From: Podarcis liolepis | Lineage: Eukaryota | Direction: 5' to 3' (one strand) | DNA: 64,000 bases | Assembly: GCA_965112155.1 (NCBI GenBank) | Contig: OZ218107.1 | Part shown: positions 25,819 to 38,755 of the stretch, one piece after another | Layout: each line of letters opens with the position of its first letter | Numbering within the stretch: the stretch's first letter is position 1 | The notes under the pieces: model-generated | The model's input: the letters and a program-made list of their open reading frames with translations, nothing else | Database searches by the model: none | Told to the model about the DNA's origin: nothing | Made by a program: the position numbers and the translations under genes

Positions 25819-28114
25819 CACAGGTTCAGCTTTTTACAGACAAAATATTCCTAGGCACAGAGCACTATGAGGATAGCCTGCTGATCAGTAGAGTACAGCG
25901 CTGCTGTAGTTAAGCTAACCCTGGCAAGAGAAAGAATTTGGGTGAATTCATAGCTATCTTAATCTACTTGTCGAGAAGTGTATACACTATACATGACATG
26001 TAAAGAAAAATATACCTTCACTTCTATTGGTTTATATATATATATATGAGGTTTAGGTCATACTGCTTGAAATAGCTGACATGCTATTTCTCACAGTATC
26101 TAACATAACAATATAACATTGGTTGACTTTTCTCTTTCATTCAGCAGTAAAATTAAGTACACAAGACACACATGGGCATGAGATGAAATACAGACGTACT
26201 GCAGAATCCAATAAAAATGTTTCTGACAGAAATTTTGCCACAGTATTAAACCATGTTCTAGCTGAAGTTAGAAAAATGAGTAAGGAAAGGATTGCTTTTA
26301 AGTATTTCCCCCATCCCTGGTTATAATCATTACACCCCCTGGATCAAAACTCACTTGCAATAGTCTTGTGGTGCACTGGATTTGATTCCATCAAACCTTG
26401 TATTTTGCTGATCTGCAAAAACTTTGTATTGCACTATATATATTTAGCCAGGTTCTCTACAATATATTTGCCCCTGAACAAGGGCTGCAGCTAAAATACA
26501 CTTGAGATTGTTATTCATTTTATTACTTGTTTTATTTAGCAAATTTATATACCGCTTAATCTCTTTCTTTCTCTCAACCAACATAACATAAGAAAGCTAC
26601 ATAAATACGTTTATTGCTGGCTAGCCAGTGAGATGTTTTCACCAGATCATTTGCAGTTTTACCAACAGTTTTCACTGCCAGCTTGTGTGCAGCTGGATTG
26701 GGGAGTCGTTTGGGCATGGAGAAGAATTTAGCTTCAGCTTCAAGGAGAAGCAGCTGACTGCTAGCATAGGGTTCACTGAAGTGGAGTTGAACCCAAAGGA
26801 GGAGACACCAGATTTTGCCCTGCAAGTCTTTGGCAACAGAAGTTTTTGAGACTGGATCAGAAACAGGGAAGCAAGCACCTGACAAACTCATTTTTGACCA
26901 AAGCATATAGGGCATATTGCAAAAATGTGAGATATTTCTTTTTCTTTGCACTTTTCTCTTGGATGCTTCCTGTTTTTGGTGTGTTTTTTTCTTTTTGAAG
27001 AATGCCCAAGCCCATCAGGTGATGTCTCTTTGACCATGCACTGATAACCTATGGTCAAGATAACAGGTGAGGAAAAAGGAGGCTTTGTAGAGTTTTCACC
27101 AATAGATGCATGCTGAAATGACATCTGAAATTCAATAACACAGTTCAGAGGTGCAGTTCTCTCCACAAAGTATATGTGGAATCCTGCCTCAGTGACTGTA
27201 ATCACAGTGCAAAAAGTGGAGTATTTTCTAAAGCAATAATAATACAGTTGATCTTGTGGAAGGCCTCTTTAACCTAATTTCAGTTTTTCATAATGTCAGT
27301 ATTTAATTGCTGTGGTGTATTCTTTGGGGTGGGGTATGTGAGTACGGTTGTTCTGCTAATAGTCATATGGCTTATGACATGGGCCCACAAATTTGGCCCA
27401 CAAAGGGTGTGGGAGAGAAGAATCTGGCCTGCCGGACAACTCAGCTTCCCCACCCACTGGTTTATGGGTTATTCTTGTTTAGTTATTTTTTTACAGTGCT
27501 ACAAGCTCCAAAACAAATAGCAGATCAATTTAGCTAACACTGCTCTTGGGGAAGACCACAGTATTTTTTGTTTTGTTTTTAAAATACTTTATACACTTGC
27601 AATAGCTGAACTTTGTTTGGAACAATTATTGCCGTCTTCCGGCACTAATCCAACAAGTGCAACCAGCAAATAAGGACACTGACTATCTTTTTGTTGTTCC
27701 GATCAGCCTGCACAGACTACATTGCTATCCTGTCAGCCTTTATGGAGCCTCCCTAACTGCAGGAATATTTCCAGGCAGACCCACCATTAAGAGCTTTTCT
27801 GGGCAACAGAAGAAGTTGCTTCTTTCAATCTCCTTTGAAATGTCATGGCTCTGTGACAGCCTTGATGTCTACCAGATGGAGTCAGATGATTTGTCTCATT
27901 CAAATACATACACAAGGACAATGTTTGATTAAATCAATCCTTTTCCCTGGAAAATGTCGGAATTAATGCCTTGTTTACATTTATATAAAATTACACACTC
28001 CAAAGAGAAACTGAAGAGTGTGTGTGAAGTCTAGATGTCTCCCTTATGATATAACATCCACTTCAAATGTAGGATGCCAGACTGTAACAAGCTTTACAGT
28101 GCAATCCCATACAT

Positions 28115-28254
28115 CAGGTGTGGGGAGCCTTCAGCTCTCCAGATGTTGCTGAACTGCAACTCCCATCATCCCTGGCCATTGGCCATGCTTGCTGGGGCTC
28201 AAGGAGGGGTTGTACTTCAGCCACATCTGCATGGCAAAAGGTTCCCCACACCCA
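28115..28254. mobile_element. hAT MITE (140 bp)
   Basis: TIRs CAGGTGTGGGGA and TCCCCACACCCA; 8-bp TSD CCATACAT/CCATATAT (7/8). Internal CAGATGTTGCTGAACTGCAACTCCCATCA is shared with 3586-3722. Confidence 0.85.
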
Positions 28255-28273
28255 CCATATATCTCTACTGAGA

Positions 28274-28842
28274 ATAATAATAATAGTAATTTTTATTTAT
28301 ACCCCGCCGTCCCTGGCCAAGACCGGGGTCAGGGCGGCTAACATCAGAGTATATAATACATTAAAAACATAGGATCAAATAATCAATTAAAATACAGCTT
28401 AAAATCAAGCTTAGGTCAGAGTAAAATCAGATGGCAACCCACGATATTATAAGGGTGGGGAACATTAAGTCCTCACCAGGCCCAACTATTTGTGCTGGCC
28501 TTATATGGGCCAGTGGGAAGAGTTTGGGACGCCACTTACATGCAGGATCCTATAAAAGGATCTTATAAAAGGAGGGGGGTCAGACTGGGCCCCGAACAAA
28601 GGCATGGCGGAACAGCTTACAGGCCCTGTGGAAAGATGTCAAATCACGCAGGGCCCTGGGGCCAGTGCCGAAAAGGCCCTGGACCTGGTCGAGGCCAGTC
28701 TAACCTCCTTGAGACCCGGGAGCTCCAAGGTGTTATTGTTTACGAACCATAAGGTCCTCCGTGGGGCATACCAGGAGAGGCGGTTCCATAGGTACGAGGG
28801 TCCTAGGCCATATAGGGTTTTAAAGGTTAAAACCAGCACCTT
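28274..28842 (-). mobile_element. L2-clade LINE 3' end (second subfamily)
   Basis: Minus-strand peptide KVLVLTFKTLYGLGPSYLWNRL...RSRAFSALAP, then a 3' UTR and a (TAT)n tail at ~28274-28290. Confidence 0.9.
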
Positions 28843-30488
28843 AAGTCCCACTGAAGTCAATGGGACCTACGCCTAAATAGACATGTATGAAATTGCTCTG
28901 AGATCTTTTATTCCTTTTAAAAAATAGATTACTTGGGCAACTGCATAGATACATTTCTCATTATTAAAACTGCAGATAGAATTAGCAAGCAAAATGTGTG
29001 AATGGCATTACGGTGTCAAAAGCTAGAAGTGGTGATTCCACTGAGAAAATGCTAATAATTTATCTTTTTCCTACTATTCATTCTTTTGTTTCTTTTCAGT
29101 AATTTTTCCCGGAATTGAATTATGATTGAGAATGGAAAACATGAAATATGCACTGTGTATGCTACAGAGATTGTTAATGACTCTCACAATTGCTTCATGC
29201 AAATTTACAAATCTACAGTGTTTGGTTTCCTGATTTTTTTATTTCAGATTCTTTCACAGTAGTAATAACAAGACTTGATCACATTTTTTATGTTTATCAG
29301 AGTATTCGCAGTTACGGCTTCGGCTAAAAAAGTTGCTAACACTTTGAAAAGCACAAGACATGGCTACTCAGACTTGTTCACAAATTATATTCAAAGCTTA
29401 TCTGGAAATTATCATGATTAACTATATGATACATATGTGTTTGTGTCTGTGTGTATTCTGAGCAACCTTCATGGTTCACTGCAATGAATCATAAAACTTT
29501 GTGATTAAGTGAAAACTGACAGTACGTACCTGATGAATAGATTTTATATAGTTTTAGATGAGCCTGTAAAAATTGACAGCCCTAGGCAGTTGGTCTTACA
29601 GCATTTTCAGCAAGCACCTGCCTATTAAACCAAGAGTGTCATCTTTATTAAACAAATTGCAGTTTTATGGAATTAGTAGAACTTACAGCTAAAGCTGAGA
29701 GCAAATCATTAGAACAGTTCTAACACACAGTGAAAAGGCAAGCCAAGGCAACAGTACCTCATAGAAAACAAAAGAAAATTCTGAAAATAGTGTAATGTAC
29801 TTCCCAAATGACAAATAAGCCTTGACTGAGTGTGTTCACATAGGCAATAAAGAGAAATCGTTAATGAAAAAGAGGTTTGAGGAAAGAGAGAGCAGGGCAG
29901 TCAGCTTCCATCAGCCTCATTCCACTTGTTTTCTACTAGATCCAATGTGAAGTATTATAATTTTAAAACAACTGTCCCTCAGTTCTTCCTTTTCACACCA
30001 ATAAAAATGCTGAATTCAATCCTTTAATCTCTTCTGAGATTATGTCCCATTGGATTCAATGACATTTCTCCCAGGTAATTGGAAATACGGTTGCAGACAA
30101 ATTGACTATTAATTATCTAGATATTTTAGACCCAGGGCACTTCCATGTGACAGTTTATTGTGGCCGTGTTTATTGCCAGTTTACTGTAGCCCATGTATGC
30201 ACGTTTTGAGAAGATATTACACAATGCTGTCTTCAAAATGTTGTCCCACATTATTTCCCCATTTAATCAAGATTTACCCATTCTGCTGTTTTGTTTTGGT
30301 TTTGTGTTTATTGGATTTTCCAAAGAAACAGTAAATCTGGATTTTGTTTTGGAAAGAATGTCTCCCCCTGTCTAGACTTATATCATATAGGATTTTTTTT
30401 CTGAATGGCACCTAGTGTGAATCTATTTCAACTTTTCTCAGTTTCACAATCTTAAGTTCATTTCTCCGTATTTCCATATCAGTTATTA

Positions 30489-30525
<37 letters not shown>
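30489..30525. repeat. (ATT)n microsatellite
   Basis: Direct reading, about 12 units. Confidence 0.95.
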
Positions 30526-30526
<1 letters not shown>

Positions 30527-30608
30527 AGTCCTCATGAAAATTCATCAGTATTTTACTGCAAATTTATATGCAGTTTCAGCTAATATAATGCATCTAAATT
30601 ATTCAAAT

Positions 30609-31227
30609 TACTAAATTATTTACGATCGTTAAAACAACAGGAGGTTGCGAAGAGCTCTCCAAACTGAGTGAATGGGCGGTAAAATGTCAAATGCAATTAA
30701 ATGTAAACAAGCATAAAGTGATGGATATTGGGTCAAGAACTAATCAATTTCATTTATAAGAACTGATATTGACTGACCAGTAATGAGACCTGGGGTTGTA
30801 ATAGATAGTTCGATGAATGTGTCGACCCAGTGTGTGCAGCTAATGTGAAAGGGGCAAAATTCATGTTAGGGTTCACTAGGAAAGGAACTGAAAACAAAAC
30901 TGCCGGTATCATCATGCCATTATATAAATCTATGGTACAGCTGCATTTGGTATATTGTGTGCCGTTCTGGTTGCACCACCTCAAATAGGATACAGAGTTT
31001 TAAGAAAGGTTCAGAAAAAGGTTGCTGCATCTGGTACCTTTTAGTTCAGAGAAAAGGGCAGTTAAGAGGTCACATGATAGAAGTTTATAAACTTATGCAC
31101 GGCATTGAGAAAGTGGATATGGAAAAGTTTTTCTCAGTCTTTCAGAACTCTAGAATTTGTAGACATCCAATGAAGTTGGACATTGGAAGATCCAGAACAG
31201 ATAGAAGAAAGCACATAGTTAAACTAT
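30609..31227 (+). mobile_element. CR1 LINE ORF2 (RT C-terminal) relic
   Basis: Frameshifted CR1 motifs LSKLSEWA, RKGTENKTAGIIMPLYKSMVQLHLVYCVPFWLHHLK and LRGHMIEVYKLMHGIEKVDMEKFF...RHPMKL. Confidence 0.92.
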
Positions 31228-32798
31228 TTCCAACAGTGGATTACATTTCAGGTTATAACACAAGAACAGTATTTATTTGCCTTGCTTTGAAATTCAGTGG
31301 ATCAAATATTAAAATCTGTTTTAACTTTCCTTTACTGCCTCTTGAAGTCACTAGCTCTTGTCTCTAGAAGTCCTGACTGTTTTGGCCTGAGCCATTGTTC
31401 TGCTTCTTCAACAGAGAGAAAGCTAAAGATACAGGTGGGCACTTCTAATCTTCTTCGCTGTTGACTTCAAAACATTAAATCAAAACATGAGGACAAAGCG
31501 CAGAATACAGGGATGAAAAAGTCAGCAGGTTTCTAGGTGAAAAGTTACAGCATGAGTTAGAGTGAACGTATTTACTAGAATCAAAATTATGTCAGCTCAT
31601 ATTTTCATTTCCCTCTCTTTTAATATTCACAGCGGGGGAGGGGGGAATGCCTCTGAGGGTAAGGTCAAATCTAACACTTCTACACACCAAAACAGGGATG
31701 CAAACACACTGTTCATCAGGGAGCTAAGAATGACAAATTCTGCTTGTCTGAAGCAGCTTTCACAAGTAGAGATTAAAAAAAAAATTGTTGTAAAATATTA
31801 ATTTGCCATCTGTCATGTGGACTTGGCAGCATGTTCATGCCACCGATACCTTCTCTCTTGAAAAAAGTAGTCTATGCCTTGCCAGCCTTTTCAGACCAGG
31901 ACCCATATCTCATCAGAAACTGCATCACAGATCCACTTCTGATGTTCTTTTTACCATTTATGCCCTTTTTTTCACCATCTCTGCTTAGGGTAGTCATATT
32001 CAAAGGACAGGAAGACCCCTGCCTTTTAAAGAGTTGCATACAGGATGCACCTTGGGCAGTTACAGCTTGTCAATCAAGGATTGGGGGGGGGGACGACACC
32101 TAAGAAAATAACTTTTGCACAACTATTAAAGATAAAGAAACTCTTCCTCCTTTTCCTCTCCCCACTCTGTTTCTTTATTTCTTGGTCTGTCTCTTTCTCT
32201 CTAAAAATAAACTCAGTCAGTTAAGAGAAAATGCTGGTGCAGTTCTACTTATGTCAGAATACAACCCTAAACTCATTAGTTGGACTAATGACCTGGGCAG
32301 ATAGAGGAACACCTAAGCTCAATTAACTGTGACTAATTCTGCTTTGGATTGGCATGTCAGAAAGAAATAGAATAGAATCAGTCCAGGCATATAGAAGCAA
32401 CATCTCTGAAAAGCATTATTCTAAGGGTATATCACACAGAGTATATCAAAAGACCTACTTAGAAAAAAGAGACATTGCTAACCAATACAGTATTGCTATG
32501 AGTTCATGGGTGCTAGACCTCTATAAATTCATGAATCTAGTAAGCGTTAGAATTTAATCAAGGCTTGGGGTGTTAGACACTTCTAATTCCCGGATCCAGC
32601 AATTCTTAAAAGCTAATTAAGCCAGGCTAGTTTCTTTAGTTGAGATGAGCACTGGATAATGGGTCATTAAGAGAATGAAGGATCAAGGGGGCTTTGTGCA
32701 AGACCTCAAATGGACACCCCACCCCCCAAAATAACAAATCAAAGTTTAGATTAGTTGTGTGAGTTAGAAGCTGCATGCAAAAGCAGCAGGCAGGAAAA

Positions 32799-32800
<2 letters not shown>

Positions 32801-32848
<48 letters not shown>
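32801..32848. repeat. (AG)24 microsatellite
   Basis: Direct reading. Confidence 0.97.
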
Positions 32849-32851
<3 letters not shown>

Positions 32852-32855
32852 TCAC

Positions 32856-32889
32856 CATGCTGGGTCTCTTCTTGAATCCAAGGCTGTGG
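32856..32889 (-). other. Candidate 34-nt exon ending in ATG (gene unidentified)
   Basis: Minus strand: TCTTGTTTTTCCATAG|CCACAG...CCCAGCATG|GTGAGC. Splice signals only. Confidence 0.3.
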
Positions 32890-33719
32890 CTATGGAAAAA
32901 CAAGACCCTTTTGGCGTGTTGATGCTATGAACCCCTCCACTGTAGGCTCAGGTTGTATATATGTGTAAATAAGCCATATATCATGAAGACACCACAATCT
33001 CCACTCACAAAAGCACAACCACTGGGTAAATGCCTTGAACTCCTCACAGAACTCGGTGATTGGGGTGGCGGGAAACAACATCTTCAAAACCTCTAGGTTT
33101 TTATTTCTCACAGTATTAATCCAACCTGACTTTGCAGATCATTACCAATTCTTTCTGGGCTTTGCATATATTTCAGATACATGATGTTAATTCCTCTAAT
33201 CTTATTAAGGAGAACAGCATAGAATATAAAACAAACACATTGCTTTCTCTAATAATCTGTATTATTAAAAGGAAAATAACCATACATGTCATTAAAACCC
33301 CTTTCCCTCTCTGTAGTTCTATTCTATTTTTGCAAAATGCTTGTAAAGCAAAGGCTAAACAAGGCCAGACAAAAATTGTCATTGCAAAATCTAAAATTAG
33401 GGATTAATCTGGAAAGCGCATTAGATAATCTAATTTAGTGGAATAATGTAGATGTCAGAAAGCACCAAGCCTTTTCAGAAGCAAGACCCATTTCTCACTC
33501 TTGTTAAGGCATCAGACTACGCTGCCATTTATTACAAACACAGCAAGTGTAGCCAGCCCAGCCTCTGTGAGGAAGAAATTTTGCACAGCTTTCCTGGCTG
33601 GGAGGTGGGTAGTTGTTTCCTGCAAAGAGACACCACCCTCGTCCTTTTCAGTGTCAGCAACAGCCCATCCTCCCTTTGCACAGTACAGGATTAGCCAATC
33701 ACTATATGAGGCTGACTTA

Positions 33720-34025
33720 GGGATGCGGGTGGCGCTGTGGGTTAAACCACAGAACCTAGGATTTGCCGATCAGAAGGTCGGTGGTTTGAATTCCCGCGAC
33801 GGGGTGAGCTCCCATTGCTCCGTCCCTGCTCCTGCCAACCTAGCAGTTCGAAAGCACGTCCAAGTGCAAGTAGATAAATAGGTACCTCTCCGGCGGGAAG
33901 GTAAACGGCGTTTCCGTGTGCTGCTCTGGTTCGCCAGAAGCGGCTTAGTCATGTTGGCCACACGACCCGGAAGCTGTACACCGGCTCCCTCGGCTAATAA
34001 AGCGAGATGAGCGCCACAACCCCAG
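33720..34025 (+). mobile_element. Sauria SINE (lacertid-type), 3' end missing
   Basis: Starts GGGATGCGGGTGGCGCTGTGGGTTAAACCAC (A box), B box GGTTTGAATTCC, diagnostic body CCTGCCAACCTAGCAGTTCGAAAGCAC...GCAAGTAGATAAATAGGTAC...GGGAAGGTAAACGGCGTTTCCGTG. Confidence 0.95.
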
Positions 34026-35002
34026 GGCAGGAAGGCTTTCCCCCTTACTTTCCCACTGCAGTTGGATCAGAAATTTCCCCCACCTTTGCAGCTAGGAACC
34101 AATGAGAACTTTTGAAGAGATAAGGCATTCTTCCCTGCACACTGCCTTTCAAGTAAGAATGGCTAGGGTGGGGGGGATATGATACAGAACAGCACACTAC
34201 ATACTAAGCGGACATCTAGTTTGCCTTAAAACGTGAGCTTCACTACAATTATGGTTCTTCCCACCACCACATCATAACGAGGCAACAAAACACTAGCTCA
34301 GCATTTTACGAACCATTTTATTTTCTAGCCGACTGACAACTCTTGAAAATCACCAGTAGATGGCATGTGCTCCATTTGAGACAAGTCAAAATCATGCACA
34401 AGTTGCTATGGAAATGCCTCTTGGGAGGGGGAGATGTGTGCATGAGAGAGTGTGAGCACACAGACACATACTTCAGAGATCTTAAGACAATGATCTGCTA
34501 TCAGAATAGAAGTATCTCTCTTCAGGATATAAAATCTGCCACTCATGAAAAGAATTCCAACCATTCTGCCAGGAAAATATTTCAGAAGGAGAAATCAAAA
34601 CCCTGATGGAAAGGGTTTTTTAAAATATTTCTTGATCTTTATAAAACAAATTAATTAATGGAATATTAGATCCATATGCTTGGTAAAAGTGTAACACAAA
34701 AGACACACACCCTGCCCTGCCAATCACTGTCCCCTTGCAGTAGCTATTACTTATAGCTCATCTGTCAATTATGAAAGGCATCAACTATTGGCTCAGTAGC
34801 AAAGAAATCTCTGAAATGCAGCTGAAGGTTAACACTGCAAATATAATTATTTGTTTAATGCTGTGCTGAAAGTTCCAATTGAATGTTTTAATACATTTGT
34901 AAGGGGAGAGGGGATGAAAAAGGAGGGTACCTACACTATTTGCTTGTCTGGCAAAACAGAGGCAGTGGGCTTCCATATAGAATATCAGCAGGCACTTCTC
35001 TA

Positions 35003-35142
35003 GTGTTGTCTGGGGCCATTTTGCCCCACAGTGCCTCTGCAGAAAGATACTATGGCTGCCACCACTGTCCTTCTGGATGCAGCCATATCCACCCCCATCC
35101 CCCGTCCCCACCTACGATGCATCTGGAAGCCCCAGACATCAC
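35003..35142. repeat. Nested inverted repeat, probable decayed MITE
   Basis: Outer arms GTGTTGTCTGGGGC and GCCCCAGACATCAC (13/14); inner arms TATGGCTGC and GCAGCCATA. Confidence 0.55.
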
Positions 35143-35391
35143 AGCATAGTGTCCTTCTGTAGGGTGAAGTGGTCCTAAACATTGCTATGAGTGCTGTCTC
35201 CACTCATAGCAAAATACTGCAAAAGCAGTATTTTAAAAGTAAACATTTCAAACATTACATCCCCTTTCTCCTGCAAGAATTTAGTCATCCTACTCCTAAA
35301 AAGTATAGAAAATGTTGCCCACCACCCTTGTAGCGATAAAATAGCACCATTACAGTTGGGAATCACTTATAGCCCATGATTAACCTGAATA

Positions 35392-35602
35392 CAGTGGCAC
35401 CTTGGTTTGCAACCGTTTTGGATTACAACCACGTCAAACCTTGAAGTACGTGTCCCTTTTTTGGGGGGGGATTGCAACCAATTTTTTAATTATTATTTTT
35501 GGGGGAGACCCCATTGGCGATAGCGCGCTTTGGGTTACAACCTGTTTTGGTTTACAACCGGACCTCCAGAACGGATTATAGTTGTAAACCAAGGTAACAC
35601 TG
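35392..35602. mobile_element. Tc1/mariner MITE (211 bp)
   Basis: TA|CAGTGGCACCTTGGTTTGCAAC...GTTGTAAACCAAGGTAACACTG|TA. Confidence 0.9.
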
Positions 35603-37368
35603 TAATGCATTTCAAAATAAGCTCCTGCTGTGTACAATAGTTCACAAACGTATGGTCTATTTGGATTATTGAAGGCCATGCACACTATGCATAAGCAACT
35701 ATATCAGCATTCTGAGACAGGAAAGTTTCTATTAGCATTAGGCAAAAATAATAAATTACAGCTTTATGACACAAAGTGTCACACACTTTAAGACACTGAA
35801 GTATCAATTCACTGAAAACTCAAAAGGCTTCTGTCAAAATGTTTAACGAAAGCCTGACAGTTGCTTAAGAACTACATTCAAGCCTGGAAATGGAACTACA
35901 ACCTAAGTACCCGCTAATTATAGATGGGAAACACCTAGTACACGACACTACAGAGTGCATGAGGTTTTTTATGTATTGGAAAGTCAGGAAAGGATAATAA
36001 CCTATTTAAAAGTTTTCTGATCAGTTAGTTATACAGTATATGCAATAGAAGTCTATAAGGTATCAGGAAGGGAGAAGGATTCAATGTACAGTACAGAAGT
36101 CTTAATCTCTGGGCTGCACCTCTAATTAAGCAAGCAGATGTCTGCAAGAAAGATATCTTGCCTCCTGCTTACTGCAGCTTCTTGTGCTCCATCCAAATTT
36201 CTTTCCTGAAGGTCAGGGAACTCCCAGAAAAGGTCACTGATGTGATGTGGGGATTGCAGTCAGAGGGGGGTAGTTGAAAGCATATTTTCAGCAATTATCT
36301 TGTCTCCTCAAGCAGTACATCCTCCTGTGCTACAGTCTAAGACTTTCCTGAGGGTCCTCCCTTGGAAACAGAAAAGATATTTTCTTACAGAAAACAATTT
36401 TAGATTTAGTAATTGAATTCAAAATTCCTACCTATATTGGCAGTTATCAGCATCTGCGTGGGCTGAGTACAATAGCACAGAGTCTCATAGAGGACATTCT
36501 TTTGGAAGTATGTGAGTGTATGATCTATGGCCAACCAAACCTTACTTTGGGGTGGACACTCAGAATTCATTATTTGTGTATAATGTACATTGGCTGTTGT
36601 TAGGGTGGAGCAATGCACTTAAGAACTACTTATGCCATAACATAACATTGGGCCAGATGCATTGCTAGGGTGTTTTAGCAACTCTCCTGGAGATATATGA
36701 GTCAGGGTTGAGGGTTAAAAAAAAAAATCAGTGTCAAAGTCATTGCCATAGCATAGACTAATATGAAAAGATAAAATCCAAAAATAGATTTCTCAAACAG
36801 TTTCTATGTACTCTAATTGAATTATGCACTTTTATGTGTTTTATGAAGTTTGTTGTTCCATTAACATAGTAAGTTGTATTTCAAAACTAAACACATAATC
36901 AGATTACAAATTAAAAATCAATATTTTTCCATCAAGACTGTTCTATTATTATTATTAAAATTATAACCCAACTAGAATACTAATTTTCATTATTATGTTC
37001 TCTTTCAAACTAAGGTACACTTACTTGGTAGTTAAGTTCCAGTGAATTCCCCAAGACTTACCACTTAGTAAAGAAGCATAGGTGCAGATAGTAGAATGAG
37101 CACCACTTTTTTACATTCATGCACAAACCCAAACACAAATACACCAATGCACATGCAAGTTCCAACTATTTTCTGCTTCCTGTAGTGTCAACTGACCTCA
37201 AAAGCCTTCCATATTAGACAAAAAGCCAAAGAAAACAAAGAATGTGTGAACCAAAATAGTATTTGATAAAAAATTGTAAACAGGAAGGAACAATAAGCTT
37301 TATGTTTCCATATTGTTGTAAACTGCTGTGATATATATTTTATGGTACAGTGTTATATAAACATTTTT

Positions 37369-37422
37369 ATGAATGAATGAATGGATGGATGGATGGATGG
37401 ATGGATGGATGGATGAATGAAT
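37369..37422. repeat. Compound (ATGA)n(ATGG)n tetranucleotide repeat
   Basis: Direct reading. Confidence 0.93.
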
Positions 37423-37663
37423 ATAACTCAGGGCAGTGAGAAAAACTATGGCTATGGAGTGAATATCATAGCTAAGAGAGACTGAGCTAGGGTTCAACCA
37501 GTTCTAGTCCAATACTAGGGCAAATCTGATCAGAAAAAGAAACATGGCTCCATTTCCCTGACCAATTCATAATGAAAGAAGGGTGGTATCAAAGAGCGAG
37601 CTGGTAGTAAATCACAGTGTTCAAAGTTGGAGCAAAAACACGATATTCACAGGCTTGGTTGAG

Positions 37664-38159
37664 TGTCAGGCCTAATGAGCACAGCAGCTCTCATCCCCAG
37701 AAAGTCTTATCCCATGATTCAGTTGGCAAGACTGAAAGTCCCCACCTCCCCACAGCTGTCCCCTCCGCTCCAGGGCTTTTCCCAAGCAATCGGAGACTGA
37801 GCCTGTGTGATGCCTTTTGCTGCTCCACCTGTTTCAGACCACTTCTAGTTCTGGTAAACAGGGCAGAGGGGAGCTTGTCACAGCAGGAAGGGAAGACATC
37901 CATGACTTTTCACCAGCCAGACTAATCTCTGCCTGGCCTCCCTCTTCCCACTCGCCAGCTTCACCTTCTACCTCTGATTCTGGATTTTTCTCTGCCACAG
38001 CCTCTCCCAGCTCACTAAGCCCTGTCACCTCTTCAGCTTCTGACACCTTGTCTTCCCAGTCTTCTCCTTCATCATTGTCCCACCACCACTTCTCCTTCCC
38101 TTGATGGTTCCCCAGCTGGTTCCTCCCACCATTTCTCTACGTCCAACCATTCCATGACA
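37664..38159 (-). mobile_element. Probable solo LTR (Gypsy-like, purine-rich)
   Basis: TGTCA...TGACA termini; strongly G/A-rich minus strand resembling a common lacertid LTR. No TSD recovered; left boundary uncertain. Confidence 0.65.
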
Positions 38160-38199
38160 GATCACATTGTAAGCATACTTGGGAATGTGATTCAAAGAG

Positions 38200-38755
38200 T
38201 ATTTGTTTGTTACATTTATACTCCAACCTTCCATAAAAATATACCCAAGATGTCTAACCATATAGTTCAATATATAATAATAAGCAATATCTCAATAAAT
38301 ATGACAGTGAAACCACACTGAAATAAGCTAGGAACAGATTTTTTTAAAAAATACAGCCAGTTGGAAACCTAAGTAATGTAAAAACAGAGATTAAAACACA
38401 GAGGTACAGAGAAAAACAAATCAATACCAATAAACAGGTTTTTGCCTGGTGGCTGAAGGTTATGATCAAGGGACCGAAAATGAGCCTCTTGCAGTAAGGA
38501 AAACATCTAGAAATCTGGTTTGAATGAAATAATAAAAATGTAAAAAAGAAAATAAGCTAAAAGCCAAAAAATTATAAATAAAGCATAAAATTCAGCAGAA
38601 TTAAAATTTCATCTAAAAAGCTCATTAGGGGAGATATTTGCTTGGCAACAAAGGGACAGACAAGTAGGCAAACAGGTGAACCGCCCCTGAGAAGGTCCTC
38701 TCACTGCTTCTTTCCCACCTCACATTAGATAGGAGGTGTACCTGCAGAAGGCTGT
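38200..38755 (-). mobile_element. Old L2-like LINE 3' fragments
   Basis: Tail-like TTTGTTTGTTACATTTATACTCCAACCTTCC, plus L2-like AAACAGGTTTTTGCCTGGTGGCTGAA and GAGAAGGTCCTCTC...CCCACCTCAC segments. Confidence 0.5.

Larger units (their letters stand above)
28097..28900. mobile_element. Short palindromic host repeat split by two later insertions
   Basis: Termini CAGTGCAAT and ATTGCTCTG (8/9 inverted). The pieces at 28097-28114, 28263-28273 and 28842-28900 rejoin into one short element. Confidence 0.7.

Noticed and set aside
26574-27205. Cluster of overlapping 68-125-aa ORFs
   Set aside because: No domain similarity recognised and no convincing splice boundaries.
26355-29563. Chaining minus-strand candidates 29530-29563 and 26355-26412 after the ATG exon into MAHLKLYKIYSSDQQNTRF...
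   Set aside because: Phases can be made to fit, but the peptide is unrecognised and the acceptors are weak; no gene model is justified.
37834-38046. Glu-rich 70-aa ORF as a host exon
   Set aside because: Explained by the purine-rich strand of the LTR-like repeat at 37664-38159.
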